IMG/VR virus record: IMGVR_UViG_2908567220_000001
Coordinates: 1-37,322 of that record
Reading direction: 5' to 3' (one strand)
Length of the DNA: 37,322 nucleotides
Source: a virus
Lineage: Duplodnaviria > Heunggongvirae > Uroviricota > Caudoviricetes
Shown here: piece by piece, positions 14,215 through 24,494 of the stretch
Position numbering within the stretch: the first letter of the stretch is position 1
Layout of the letters: each line of letters starts with the position of its first letter
The notes under the pieces: model-generated
What the model was told of the DNA's origin: nothing
Database searches by the model: none
What the model saw: the letters and a program-made list of their open reading frames with translations, nothing else
Position numbers and translations under genes: made by a program

Positions 14215-14400
14215 ATGTCATCAAAGAACAGAACCCGCAGAACAACAACCCGCAACATCCGATTTCCAAACCAGATGATTGAACAAATTAACATCGCTCT
14301 TGATCTGAAAGGTTCAGGAAACTTTTCAGCGTGGGTTATTGAAGCCTGCAGAAGAAGGCTGTCAACAGAGAGTTCGGGTATGAATTACATAATTAAGTAA
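14215..14400 (+). CDS. small putative DNA-binding protein, ribbon-helix-helix-like
   Basis: 61-aa ORF with GGGGAAA RBS 6 nt upstream of ATG; basic N-terminus then predicted strand-helix-helix (RNIRFPNQMIEQINIALDLKG...NFSAWVIEACRRRL); fold assignment is inference. Confidence 0.6.
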   Translation: MSSKNRTRRTTTRNIRFPNQMIEQINIALDLKGSGNFSAWVIEACRRRLSTESSGMNYIIK

Positions 14401-15023
14401 CATGGTGTTCACAGAACACGCAGTTACCGGACACATCAGTTTTCCATTCGCTCCCCGGCAGTACAGGCTTCCCCTCTGACGGGATAGCCTGAAAAAATAA
14501 CACAGAAAATTATTTGTTATAATTAATATAACTTACTCAAAAAAAAGCGACGAGAAAATCAGCATCAACGAACAATAAGCGCCAATACGTGATAACAAAT
14601 GGCAGCCATATTTATCTGCAGTATAAGCAATGGACAGGATAACCACACCAGAAACCGTCAGCATAAAATCCATTTGAACTTCCCCGAACAAAATCGACTC
14701 ATCTAAAGATTTACAGCTCTTTTTATTATCAATATGTTAAAAGTAAAATAAACAGATGTTCAATAACACGAATACAAAAACGTGCTGAAATTCAATGAAT
14801 CCATTTCTGTGTCATCAATTAATAGTGATAAACATCCGGCTTCTTCCACCATCGCACCGGACAGGCGACTATGAGGGGACAACGCCGCGCTCCGTTAACG
14901 CGGTAAACCCCGGTGTGTATCGTTTTTGATTATCCCCGCACACTCGCGCAGAGGAGTCTCCCTGTCGGGCTGCGGTCTCTGTTAATGAGGGAATACAGCG
15001 ACGATACGGCGCATCAACAAAAC

Positions 15024-15482
15024 TTATTTCAGGCACTGAGTGCGGATATAGTCCTGTGCCCCTTCCAGTTGCTTGTGCATCGTCATCAGCCGCTCTCTGA
15101 GGGTGAAATAATCCCGTGTAACGGTGTCTGCCAGTTGGGGGCCGGTTGCATTATCCACGCCGGAGGTGGTGGGGGCTTCACGCACGGAGCCTGGACAGGT
15201 GGCGTTGATCCGCAGGCGCTTACGACCAGCGGCAACATCAGCGCGCAGAGTTTCATTTTCAGCTCTCGCATCGGATAATTCCCTCGAGTATTTTGCATCG
15301 AGCGCAGCAACATCGCGCTGGCGCACCTGCATATCAGTAATGGTTGCGTTCGCCAGCTTCAGTTCACTGGCTTTGTTATCACGCTGCGCTTTGTAGGTAA
15401 TCGCGTTATCACGGTAATGGTCTGTTGCCATCCACAGCGCACCACAGGCCACCAGCAGAATAACGATAAACGCGGAAAGCAT
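15024..15482 (-). CDS. Rz: i-spanin Rz
   Basis: N-terminal TM segment then coiled-coil ([14 protein letters not shown]...), lambda Rz-like; ATG at 15482 gives 152 aa; alternative GTG at 15497 overlaps the upstream ORF stop. Confidence 0.8.
   Translation of the reverse strand: MLSAFIVILLVACGALWMATDHYRDNAITYKAQRDNKASELKLANATITDMQVRQRDVAALDAKYSRELSDARAENETLRADVAAGRKRLRINATCPGSVREAPTTSGVDNATGPQLADTVTRDYFTLRERLMTMHKQLEGAQDYIRTQCLK
15086..15271 (-). CDS. Rz1: o-spanin Rz1 lipoprotein, embedded in the +1 frame of Rz
   Basis: [22 protein letters not shown]... lipobox Cys, Pro-rich (PPPPPAW); entirely inside Rz. Confidence 0.75.
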   Translation of the reverse strand: MRELKMKLCALMLPLVVSACGSTPPVQAPCVKPPPPPAWIMQPAPNWQTPLHGIISPSESG

Positions 15483-15493
15483 TCGGTTTATGT

Positions 15494-15625
15494 TCACCCC
15501 AGCAACCCCGACGAAGACAACATCATCCAGGCCATGGAAAGAAAAAGAGCAACCAGCATTAGTGAAAATGAAATGCCGACAATTACACAGAGGATCTTCG
15601 CCAGCGTTATGAGTTTGTCTGACAT
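15494..15625 (-). CDS. small hydrophobic membrane protein (43 aa), function unknown
   Basis: ATG at 15625 with [45 protein letters not shown]...; stop overlaps the Rz GTG. Confidence 0.5.
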   Translation of the reverse strand: MSDKLITLAKILCVIVGISFSLMLVALFLSMAWMMLSSSGLLG

Positions 15626-15639
15626 GCTTAATCCTCCCT

Positions 15640-15822
15640 TCACGATTTCAACGCAATGACCAGTTTTGCCAGCCCATACAGCATCGGGGACACAGCAACA
15701 CCGACCGCCACCCACTTAATGGCAAAAGCCAGTGCTCTGCTGATGTCATCAGTTACAGGCGCTTTCAGTTCAAGGCCATTTTTCATAGTCAACCTCAACA
15801 GAATTCGTTTATACTTCGCCAT
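15640..15822 (-). CDS. small tail-anchored membrane protein (60 aa), function unknown
   Basis: ATG at 15822 with AGGGAG RBS; basic N-terminus ([11 protein letters not shown]) and C-terminal hydrophobic segment ([22 protein letters not shown]). Confidence 0.5.
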   Translation of the reverse strand: MAKYKRILLRLTMKNGLELKAPVTDDISRALAFAIKWVAVGVAVSPMLYGLAKLVIALKS

Positions 15823-15855
15823 GTTCTCCCTTGCCTTACTCAAGGTCAGAAACAC

Positions 15856-15888
15856 AAAACCCCGCTTGGTGCCAACAAACGGGGTTTT
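15856..15888. terminator. hairpin with 9-bp stem (AAAACCCCG / CGGGGTTTT), candidate bidirectional intrinsic terminator or attenuator
   Basis: Perfect 9-bp inverted repeat with 15-nt loop, T-rich tract on the plus side; sits between the endolysin stop and the small membrane genes. Confidence 0.4.
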
Positions 15889-15978
15889 TACTTTTATTCA
15901 CTTACGTTTCGCCAGTTCGCAGGATTTCGTGTTATCCGCCCGCGTGGCCATACCTTATTTTTCAGCAAAATATTCTGC

Positions 15979-16512
15979 TTATCTGTCGATACCCCAGCAC
16001 GCCAGCGCGCTCTCCTGGTCACGACGGGATACCTGACCGTAGCAGTTGTTTGAACGAATACGGCAGTCTCTGCCACCGTCCTTAATCCACCAGCGAATCG
16101 CCTCACACGCTCCCCTGCGATCACCTGCATTAATTCGTTTATAAAACGTCGACGGAAAACACTTACCGGGGCCAATGTTGTACGGACAGAATGACGCGAT
16201 CCCCGCTTTCTGGGGTTCACTCAATGGCACTCTGATGTTTTTCTCCACCCATGCCAGCGCCTTATCACGCTCAATGGCGTTAACCCGGTCGCATTTTTCC
16301 TTCGACAACTTCATGCCCGGAACGACAGGTTTGCCATCCACCAGGATGGCACCGCGGCAGATGGTCCAGATACCCGCGCCATCACGGTATGCCGTGGTGT
16401 GGTTACCTTCCTTTTCATCCAGAAACTGGTCGAGAATGTCAGGCGCAGGCGCACCAGCGGCAATCAGCGCCAGAACGGCAGCCGACAGGCCGTATCTGAT
16501 TTTTGCGTTCAT
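15979..16512 (-). CDS. SAR endolysin (T4-lysozyme-like GH24 muramidase)
   Basis: 177-aa ORF; Ala/Gly-rich N-terminal signal-anchor-release segment (LSAAVLALIAAGAPAP); E...D...T catalytic spacing (KEG, RDG, WTI); downstream of a pinholin. Confidence 0.85.
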   Translation of the reverse strand: MNAKIRYGLSAAVLALIAAGAPAPDILDQFLDEKEGNHTTAYRDGAGIWTICRGAILVDGKPVVPGMKLSKEKCDRVNAIERDKALAWVEKNIRVPLSEPQKAGIASFCPYNIGPGKCFPSTFYKRINAGDRRGACEAIRWWIKDGGRDCRIRSNNCYGQVSRRDQESALACWGIDR

Positions 16513-16617
16513 GGATATTTATCAGGATTTATCGGTTTCTGAGCCCTGGATATGTTTATCAGTTCCAGCCTGTTGCCTCAGGCTGCTAACAGGTCAATAC
16601 AATCATGAGGATTATTT

Positions 16618-16890
16618 ATGGACAATAACACCATTTCTCTACAGGAGTTGCTCGACAGCATTTCCAGGCTTCGGGAAGACGTGAATACCCTTACCGTCGC
16701 CTTCTCATATCTGGCATTCTCAATTCCAAGGGAACAGATGCAATCAACGCTGGCATCAATCCAGTTTGAATCATGCAATCCCAAATGGTCTCAGAAACAA
16801 CAAGACTCTTTCAGGCGGCTTGCTGTATTACTGGATGAAAAATATGCTGGTAAAATTACCATTTCGGCGGACTCTTCAGAGAACCCGTAA
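16618..16890 (+). CDS. hypothetical protein (90 aa), opposite strand inside the lysis cassette
   Basis: ATG at 16618 with GAGG RBS about 7 nt upstream; weak hairpin plus T-run after the stop; no recognised motif. Confidence 0.45.
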   Translation: MDNNTISLQELLDSISRLREDVNTLTVAFSYLAFSIPREQMQSTLASIQFESCNPKWSQKQQDSFRRLAVLLDEKYAGKITISADSSENP

Positions 16891-17200
16891 TTATTCCCGG
16901 TAGTTTTCCTCTGTAGGTTATCAACACATCCTGCGCCTCTAAAATTACGGGGCGCTTTTCCGGCGACTGCTCATCCCCTTCACATAACCCGGCAGCAACA
17001 TCCAGGAAGACCTGTCTGATGCTCCTTCTGGCTGCTGCCTCATAAAACTCCAGCGCGGCACCTTCAACACGGTCCAGCGAGATGTCCAGGTCAAAAATTT
17101 CACCGTCAAAGCGTTTTTTGTCCCGTAACGCTAAAGTTACCGTAACTTTATTCTCAAAATTGCGGATCCCTTTCACAATCAGTTCATAGTTTTGAGTCAT
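16856..17200 (-). CDS. DUF1327-like lysis-cassette protein (YdfR-like)
   Basis: 114-aa ORF directly downstream of the holin; N-terminus MTQNYELIVKGIRNFENKVTV... resembles recalled YdfR-family proteins; C-terminus may be altered. Confidence 0.65.
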   Translation of the reverse strand: MTQNYELIVKGIRNFENKVTVTLALRDKKRFDGEIFDLDISLDRVEGAALEFYEAAARRSIRQVFLDVAAGLCEGDEQSPEKRPVILEAQDVLITYRGKLPGIITGSLKSPPKW

Positions 17201-17204
17201 TGAA

Positions 17205-17420
17205 TTACTCTCCCCGTGCAGCCTTACGCTTGTCTTCTCTGATTTTGAAGTACAGATTTGTCAGATAAGTCAGGAAGCCCAGAACCAGACTCCCCAGCAC
17301 ACCAATCGCAGCCCACTGTGACGGACTGACCTGATCAAGCCACTGTAAAAACCAGTAGCCAGCACTGCCTGCGGAGGTGCCATAGGCAATGCCCGTTGAA
17401 ATTTTGTCCATGGATTTCAT
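17205..17420 (-). CDS. S: pinholin, phage-21 S21 type, dual-start motif
   Basis: 71-aa [66 protein letters not shown]...; matches recalled S21; Met1/Met4 dual start; GGAGG RBS. Confidence 0.9.
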   Translation of the reverse strand: MKSMDKISTGIAYGTSAGSAGYWFLQWLDQVSPSQWAAIGVLGSLVLGFLTYLTNLYFKIREDKRKAARGE

Positions 17421-17489
17421 AGCCTCACCTCCGCAAATAACGGATGGCGTAGTTTTACACTGAGAAATGAAAGGGATTTGAAAAGAAAA

Positions 17490-17505
17490 GCCCGCAAAAG
17501 CGGGC
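17490..17505 (-). terminator. rho-independent terminator hairpin (GCCCGC-TTTT-GCGGGC plus U-tract on minus strand)
   Basis: Perfect 6-bp GC stem, 4-nt loop, followed on the minus strand by TTTTCTTTTC; between tRNA-Gly and the holin. Confidence 0.6.
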
Positions 17506-17712
17506 GAAACAATATATACAGTAAGGAAAGCACTCTATCCAACAAACCACCCACAGTTAATCGGAATAAAAGCAGAGTGCTTATGAATGATCGCCTGCCC
17601 GAAGGTTAGTATTTCTGCACAGCAATTTTGCTAAAAAAAGCGATCATTCATAACTTAAACGTCTTTCAGTCACTCCGGGATTTCCCATCATCGCAGACTG
17701 AAAGACTCTAAC

Positions 17713-17787
<75 letters not shown>

Positions 17788-17790
17788 ATA

Positions 17791-17866
<76 letters not shown>

Positions 17867-18113
17867 ATTGGTTCTTCAGGGGAGCGATATCACCGAGCAA
17901 AGAAGAGTTCCCCCTCAGAACCGTTTTCGATGATACAATTTAATATTCCAATCGCAACAACACTTTGCGTCAAGCTATGTAAATTTATTTATGTATTTTT
18001 ATTTTATGTGAACATTTCACCTTCACTTAAAATATACGCGACAATATATAAACAAATTTATTTTGAAGGCAATATTAAATGTCGTTTCTTATATCACACC
18101 ACAATAACAACAA

Positions 18114-18133
18114 AACCCGCTTGATGGCGGGTT
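18114..18133 (-). terminator. tR'-like hairpin downstream of the putative late promoter
   Basis: AACCCGC/GCGGGTT 7-bp stem with 6-nt loop, followed on the minus strand by TTGTTGTT; between Q stop and the tRNAs. Confidence 0.45.
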
Positions 18134-18218
18134 CTATTAAAGTTTAATTGCGCTTGATTCGCCTCGCGATACAGCTTTGCGAAGCGTAGCAAAATTGAAG
18201 CAGTTTATGCGTAAAAAA

Positions 18219-18761
18219 TCAAGCCGTTTTTTGAGCGAATGATTCTCGCATGGGAATGTATAGCGCATACTCAGCAACGGCCAACCAATTAGCAATTCGC
18301 TTTTCGCATGTGCTAAAACACCACTCTGGGTGTGCATCATTTAGCAATTCAGCCATTTTGCGTTTGGTCATCCCCCGCCCCTCATACCGTTGCCGAAGGA
18401 CGCTAATCAATCCTGGATGCTCTGCCAGCACCTCACTTATGACTCGATCAATACATAACGCCTCTGCATCAGTACAATGCGCCAGCCAGCTCTTTTGCTT
18501 GCCGTTGATCATCTCTCGCAAAAACGCTTCCAGCTCAGCTTTCTCTATTCCCGCTTTTTTCATTCTGCGCAGGGCTTCATTGATGGCTGTTTTCGTCAAT
18601 TTTTTGGATGCCAACAACTGATTGAACATATTTCCTGACCTGCCACCGCCAATATACGACCAGCGCCCCCACATACGCAGTTTGCCCTGAATCCAGACAC
18701 TTTCCAGCGTGGCGAGACGAAGGTGTTCTCCGCTTTTTCCTGTATTCGTTGGGTAAATCAC
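18219..18761 (-). CDS. late-gene antiterminator, Q-like
   Basis: GTG at 18761 with AGGAGG RBS, coupled to the upstream stop (GTGA); RMWGRWSY motif resembles the W-G-A-W motif of Q-family proteins; sits just upstream of the late region. Confidence 0.6.
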   Translation of the reverse strand: MIYPTNTGKSGEHLRLATLESVWIQGKLRMWGRWSYIGGGRSGNMFNQLLASKKLTKTAINEALRRMKKAGIEKAELEAFLREMINGKQKSWLAHCTDAEALCIDRVISEVLAEHPGLISVLRQRYEGRGMTKRKMAELLNDAHPEWCFSTCEKRIANWLAVAEYALYIPMRESFAQKTA

Positions 18762-19048
18762 AAATATCCCTCCTTTCTCCAGATTTCTTGTGTGCGAAAA
18801 ACACCTTCTGCATGCATCAGGCGTAATTCTTCTTTGGTGTAATCGCTGGTTTTTACCCGCCCGTCGATTAGATCGTGGCATGAGCTACAGGCAATCGCCG
18901 CCTGCATATCGTGTGGTTTTGTCGCTGTTCCGCACGTTCCCGCCAGTCGGTAATGCGCCAGCACAGACGTTTCCGGATCGTGATTGCAGTAGCCAGGAAT
19001 TCTGACGGCGCACATCTGCCCCCGCGCCGCTTTACGTAAATCCACCAT
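18758..19048 (-). CDS. nin-region zinc-binding protein (YbcO/DUF1364-like)
   Basis: 96-aa ORF with Cys pairs (CAVRIPGYC ... CSSCH); coupled to neighbours on both sides (TAATG, GTGA). Confidence 0.7.
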   Translation of the reverse strand: MVDLRKAARGQMCAVRIPGYCNHDPETSVLAHYRLAGTCGTATKPHDMQAAIACSSCHDLIDGRVKTSDYTKEELRLMHAEGVFRTQEIWRKEGYL

Positions 19049-19647
19049 TACGCAAACTCCAGCAGCTGCGCGGCCACATTTTCGACTTGTTCCGGAGAGG
19101 AAAATTTACGGAACAGAATCCAGTTCCACAGCACATTCAGAACAGATTTATAAACCTGCTGAAACTCGGTTTCATCCATATTCGCAAAAGCGATGGATTT
19201 CGCCCGACGCCCATGGCTACCGTCCGGATAAAAATGTTCGGTGTAAAATCCAGCCTGAATGGTTACCCACTCGCGGAAAGCCTCAAACGACTTTAGCAAC
19301 GCCGTATCCCGGGTTCTACGAGTCGCAACGGTGTTAAGGTATTGCTCTGCGGCATCACTCAGGGCTGGCGTGTGTTCCCGACCAACTGATTCGCACAGGT
19401 AATCAACGAAACCAGACAGCAGTTCTCGTTCGCGAGGCGTGATCGCCCCACCGACCGGAGTCCAGTAATCGAATCCCAGTTGCAGGAGTTTGAAAAAACG
19501 CTTGTGGAATGCGTAGTTACGCACACGCTTAAAGTCTGCGTGTATCCACTCACCTATTTTGATTTGATGCAGAAAATCGCAACTCTCCGGCGTCGCCGGG
19601 AGAAGTAAACCAGAAGAAGTTTGTTTGACCAGTTGTATATGCGCCAT
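19048..19647 (-). CDS. nin-region hypothetical protein (199 aa)
   Basis: Complete ORF, coupled to the downstream gene; function not assigned from sequence. Confidence 0.7.
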   Translation of the reverse strand: MAHIQLVKQTSSGLLLPATPESCDFLHQIKIGEWIHADFKRVRNYAFHKRFFKLLQLGFDYWTPVGGAITPRERELLSGFVDYLCESVGREHTPALSDAAEQYLNTVATRRTRDTALLKSFEAFREWVTIQAGFYTEHFYPDGSHGRRAKSIAFANMDETEFQQVYKSVLNVLWNWILFRKFSSPEQVENVAAQLLEFA

Positions 19648-19920
19648 TTCTCAATCTCTCGATGGCGCAGTGCAGCAGATGCCAGTTGTTCAGGCTGACG
19701 TATAAAGTATAAATAAACTGGTTCCAGTGTAAAGCCCCCACCTTAATGGAATAAAAACCAAACAACAGATTGCTGGGATACAAACAACGCTTATTATTAA
19801 AAGCGGTTAAACAAATTAAATTTTAATGTTATGCAAATTTGTCAGATCACCATAATATCTCATTTGAAAACCGCTGAAATAACAACCCTATCAGGGTTAA
19901 TCATATTAAGGTGAGTAAAT

Positions 19921-20007
19921 ATGGAAAACAACAAATCTGCACATTACGTTCCTTTTTTATCTGTAATACTTTTTGTTTTATGCTGTGCGTGGGCATTATT
20001 TTTATAA
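19921..20007 (+). CDS. possible small hydrophobic peptide (28 aa)
   Basis: AAGGTGA RBS 7 nt upstream of ATG; MENNKSAHYVPFLSVILFVLCCAWALFL; in the AT-rich region upstream of the IS5-split gene. Confidence 0.3.
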   Translation: MENNKSAHYVPFLSVILFVLCCAWALFL

Positions 20008-20301
20008 AAATATTCACAGATAAAATATACCCGCCAAACCTGGTTAAGTGCGGGTGCGTTGAGGAGGCCTGACACATCAGAGGTGGCGAGGGATTCTTCA
20101 TCATCTAACCAGCAACCTTAACTTTGGGATTCACTAATTTAAGTACGCTAAAGGTGTTAAAACCCCGAGCCACCCAGGGACTGCTTGAAAAGTATATAAA
20201 AATCAATATCAACTATCGATTTTACCTAAATGTTATGATATAAAAAGTTAGCGTATCATTACGCATCCACAATATTCGAAGGTTTCCATATTCAATGTAA
20301 G

Positions 20302-21152
20302 ATGTCGACAAAGGCCTATTATTCTATGGATATCATAACAAAAATCATTGAAGACGCTCAAAAATTACAGTTATCCTCTGCAAATGAAGCTGAAACACGC
20401 CTTAAGATCATAGATCAAATACTCTTTGAAGTATTGAAATGGACTAGGGATGATGTATCGGTAGAAACTCGAGTTAGCGAAGATGGCGAGACTACTTTTG
20501 CTGATTATGTCATTAAAACAGCAAGTACTGCGTTTATAATTGAAGCCAAAAAAATTGGTCAGGCATTCGACACAAAACAATTCGATAGGAGACTGAAACT
20601 CAACAACAATAATCTTTCCGGTCCTTTTGGAGATGCCATAATTCAAGCAAGAGATTATTGTAGAAAACTGAGCATTCAATTTGCTGTTGTAACTAATGGT
20701 GAACAATGGGTTATATTCCCAGCAAATAGAACGGATCAAGTTGCATTCAACTCATCTTACGCAATTGTATTTAACAATTTACAAAGTGCACTTAAAGATG
20801 ACTATACAGAATTTTATGACTTATTATCAAGAAAAGCAGTTATAAACTCTAGCCTTGAAGTTACTTTATTAGGCAACAGGGAAGATCAAATAGAAGAAAG
20901 ACGCTTAAAAAATACAGTCCGTAAAAGTATCTCTTATGATGCAAAGAATCCAATATACCCATTAGTCGAAGAAGCAATTATCACTTCATTTTCAGATACA
21001 ATAACAGAAATCGACAATGATCTTTTTGAAAGATGTTATGTAAATACTCCTGACAGGATGAAATTTGATAGGCGTATTAATATGCACATCTCAAAAAGTC
21101 AACACCTCTTTAGTACGGCGCCTATAAGACCGATGCAAAAAAGAGATGCTAA
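20302..21152 (+). pseudogene. 5' fragment of IS5-disrupted gene: HsdR-N-like PD-(D/E)xK nuclease domain
   Basis: AT-rich ORF; motifs ETRLKIIDQILFEVLKW, FADYVIKT, FIIEAKK, QFAVVTNGEQWVIF; frame runs into IS5 and stops 9 codons inside it. Confidence 0.75.
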
Positions 21153-22347
<1,195 letters not shown>

Positions 22348-22351
22348 CTAA

Positions 22352-23975
22352 TGCTTTTAAAGAATCATTATTACGAGCAAAAAAGAATTCAAAACCTTTA
22401 GCTATTGTTATATTAGGAACTGTTGGCGCAGGTAAAACCACATTTTTACATTACACACGAAATATATCTGCCGCATCGTATTTCGAAAAATCAAATAATA
22501 AACCCTATCCTCATTGGATAAAGGTGGATTTTTTACAATACACGAATGACGAGTCCCCTATAGACTACATTTATAATATAATAAAAAACTATATTATAAG
22601 TGATCCATTTTTTTGCAATTATGAGCTATGCATACAGAACGCATACAAAGATGAGATAACTTCTATAAAAAAAGGACCTGCATTTCTTATTGCGAAGGAT
22701 GAAGAAAAAATCAATCAACTAATTACAAACAAGCTACAAGCTGATTTTGACAAAGTTAAGCCATATGCTGATACTTTAATCAGCTATGCAACGAAAAACA
22801 CACCTGTTTTTCTTGTTGTGGATAACGTTGATCAACTCAGCGAAGAAGTCCAATCTCAAATTTTCACTGATTGTGTAGCATTTTCCCAGAGACTCAAATG
22901 TAATCTTGTTATATCATTACGTAATTCTACATATGTTGAACACCGTAACTCCCCAGCGTTTAACGCATTTGATTTCGATCCTATTCTTATTGAACCACCA
23001 AAAGTAGAGGCTGTTTTATCTAAACGTTTTTTCTTAGCCAAAAATATGCTTGAAGGAGAAGAAGGTGATTTTCTTTCAGATAATGGGATAAGATTTCACG
23101 TTGATAACAAAGCCGATTTAATAAGCTTATTACAAAGCTCTGTTTTAGGAACAGAAATCGGCAATTTACTTGAAGTACTTGCTGCCGGAGACATCAGAAA
23201 TGCACTAAGAATGACAAGAGAATTTATTGAACATGGTTATACAAATCCAGGTAAAGCTATGCGAATATATAGTGAAGGTGGCAACTATATATTGCCTAAG
23301 CATGAGGCTCTCAGAGCGATACTGCTAGGGAACCAAGCTGTATATTCAGAGGCTTATTCATTGGTTGGCAACCCATTTGATTCAAGACTGGGAAGGACCA
23401 ACTTCCAACTTTTGAGACTATTCGTTTTAGCAGCATTAGTCCAATATAGTGCTGATCCTGCATTTCAATATATCGACGGAATTGACATCCGAAAACAACT
23501 TAGAAAAATTGGTGTCGGTGATGATGACTCAATTGCCATACTGCGTGATTTATGTAAATTACGCTTTATAAGCACGGCTGGTCATGATGTACCAGAATTC
23601 AAATCAAGTTTTTATCCTACAAGACTTGGGGGATATATTACTAAGGAGCTAATCAGTAATTTTACATTTGTTGAATGTACTATGATGGACTCATTCATTG
23701 CGAACGAAAAAGTTTGGGAAGATCTAAAAGGATTTGAACGTTTAATTATAAACTCCTCCAGCGATGTAATCAAAAGACTAGAATATAGAAAGGAACGAGC
23801 ACAAATATTTTTTGATTATATGCTAGAACTATATAGTTCGCTGCTTGAGGAAGCCAATAAACGTGTATTACCTAAAGAATGGCGCACCAATCCTTTGCAG
23901 GAAGCTAGATATTCCTTCATTGAAAATCTAAACAAAGCCCTGCAATCAGCACAGAGAAATTACGGGGAAAAATAA
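22352..23975 (+). pseudogene. 3' fragment of IS5-disrupted gene: P-loop NTPase plus C-terminal helical domain
   Basis: In frame with the 5' fragment once IS5 and one CTAA copy are removed; Walker A GTVGAGKTT (22416-22442); Walker B-like VFLVVDNVDQ; AT-rich; terminator follows the stop. Confidence 0.75.
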
Positions 23976-23980
23976 AAAAA

Positions 23981-24002
23981 AGCCACACCTTACGGTGTGG
24001 CT
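23981..24002. terminator. bidirectional intrinsic terminator hairpin (AGCCACACC-TTAC-GGTGTGGCT)
   Basis: Perfect 9-bp stem flanked by an A-run upstream and T-rich tract downstream; between convergent genes. Confidence 0.6.
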
Positions 24003-24074
24003 CCTCTGTTGGTTTTATAGGATCATTCCTTTTTGAGGTGGTCATTATATTCCCTATCTATTTTCCTGGCAATA

Positions 24075-24479
24075 CTAATTTCCTTGATAAAACGCCAGCA
24101 CTCGCTGCATAGCTTCGCTTTTCCGGCACTCGCGACAGATTATGTTCAGACGCCTGTCGTAGCGGCGTATTTCTCCGTCTGGTAATGACCAGATAAGGTC
24201 CGGATCAACCACAGATAGTTTCTTCACCTTTGCCCTAGATAGTTTTTTGCGGGCATTTTGCCAATCCTTACGAGCCTGTTCAGACGGGAATAACCCGTAA
24301 CCAGAGTTGTATACATCGCCACTGGCAACCAGCTCTCTGGCGAGAACGCTCATCAGATATCTTGTCGCACCTGTCTTGACTTCCAGTTGCCGTAACGTCT
24401 CACGCCCACTCTGGCGTACGAGTTCAACAACCTGTCCTTTAATTTTTTCTCGCTCTTCTGGTGTAAATACTTTTGCCAT
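24075..24479 (-). CDS. hypothetical phage protein (134 aa)
   Basis: ATG at 24479 (MAKVFTPEEREK...) with GGAGG RBS; C-terminal Cys pair (CRECRK). Confidence 0.7.
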   Translation of the reverse strand: MAKVFTPEEREKIKGQVVELVRQSGRETLRQLEVKTGATRYLMSVLARELVASGDVYNSGYGLFPSEQARKDWQNARKKLSRAKVKKLSVVDPDLIWSLPDGEIRRYDRRLNIICRECRKSEAMQRVLAFYQGN

Positions 24480-24494
24480 AGGTGCCTCCGGCAA

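Noticed and set aside
15656-16036. 126-aa plus-strand ORF spanning the endolysin/Rz spacer
   Set aside because: Runs through the hairpin and overlaps the endolysin 3' end antisense; no RBS; the two short minus-strand ORFs with strong RBSs are preferred.
16578-16784. 68-aa minus-strand ORF between DUF1327 gene and endolysin
   Set aside because: No RBS, no hydrophobic or known motif, and antisense to the better-supported plus-strand ORF 16618-16890.
17661-17706. Possible third tRNA or tRNA remnant next to tRNA-Gly
   Set aside because: The 11-bp inverted repeat forms a simple hairpin only; no acceptor stem, T-loop or anticodon arm can be drawn.
18219-18881. 220-aa track ORF as the full Q-like gene
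   Set aside because: The upstream 40 codons overlap the preceding gene in another frame; the GTG at 18761 with AGGAGG RBS and GTGA coupling is the more plausible start.
20371-20739. 122-aa minus-strand ORF inside the nuclease-domain fragment
   Set aside because: Antisense to the domain-bearing plus-strand ORF; low-complexity translation arising from AT-rich sequence.
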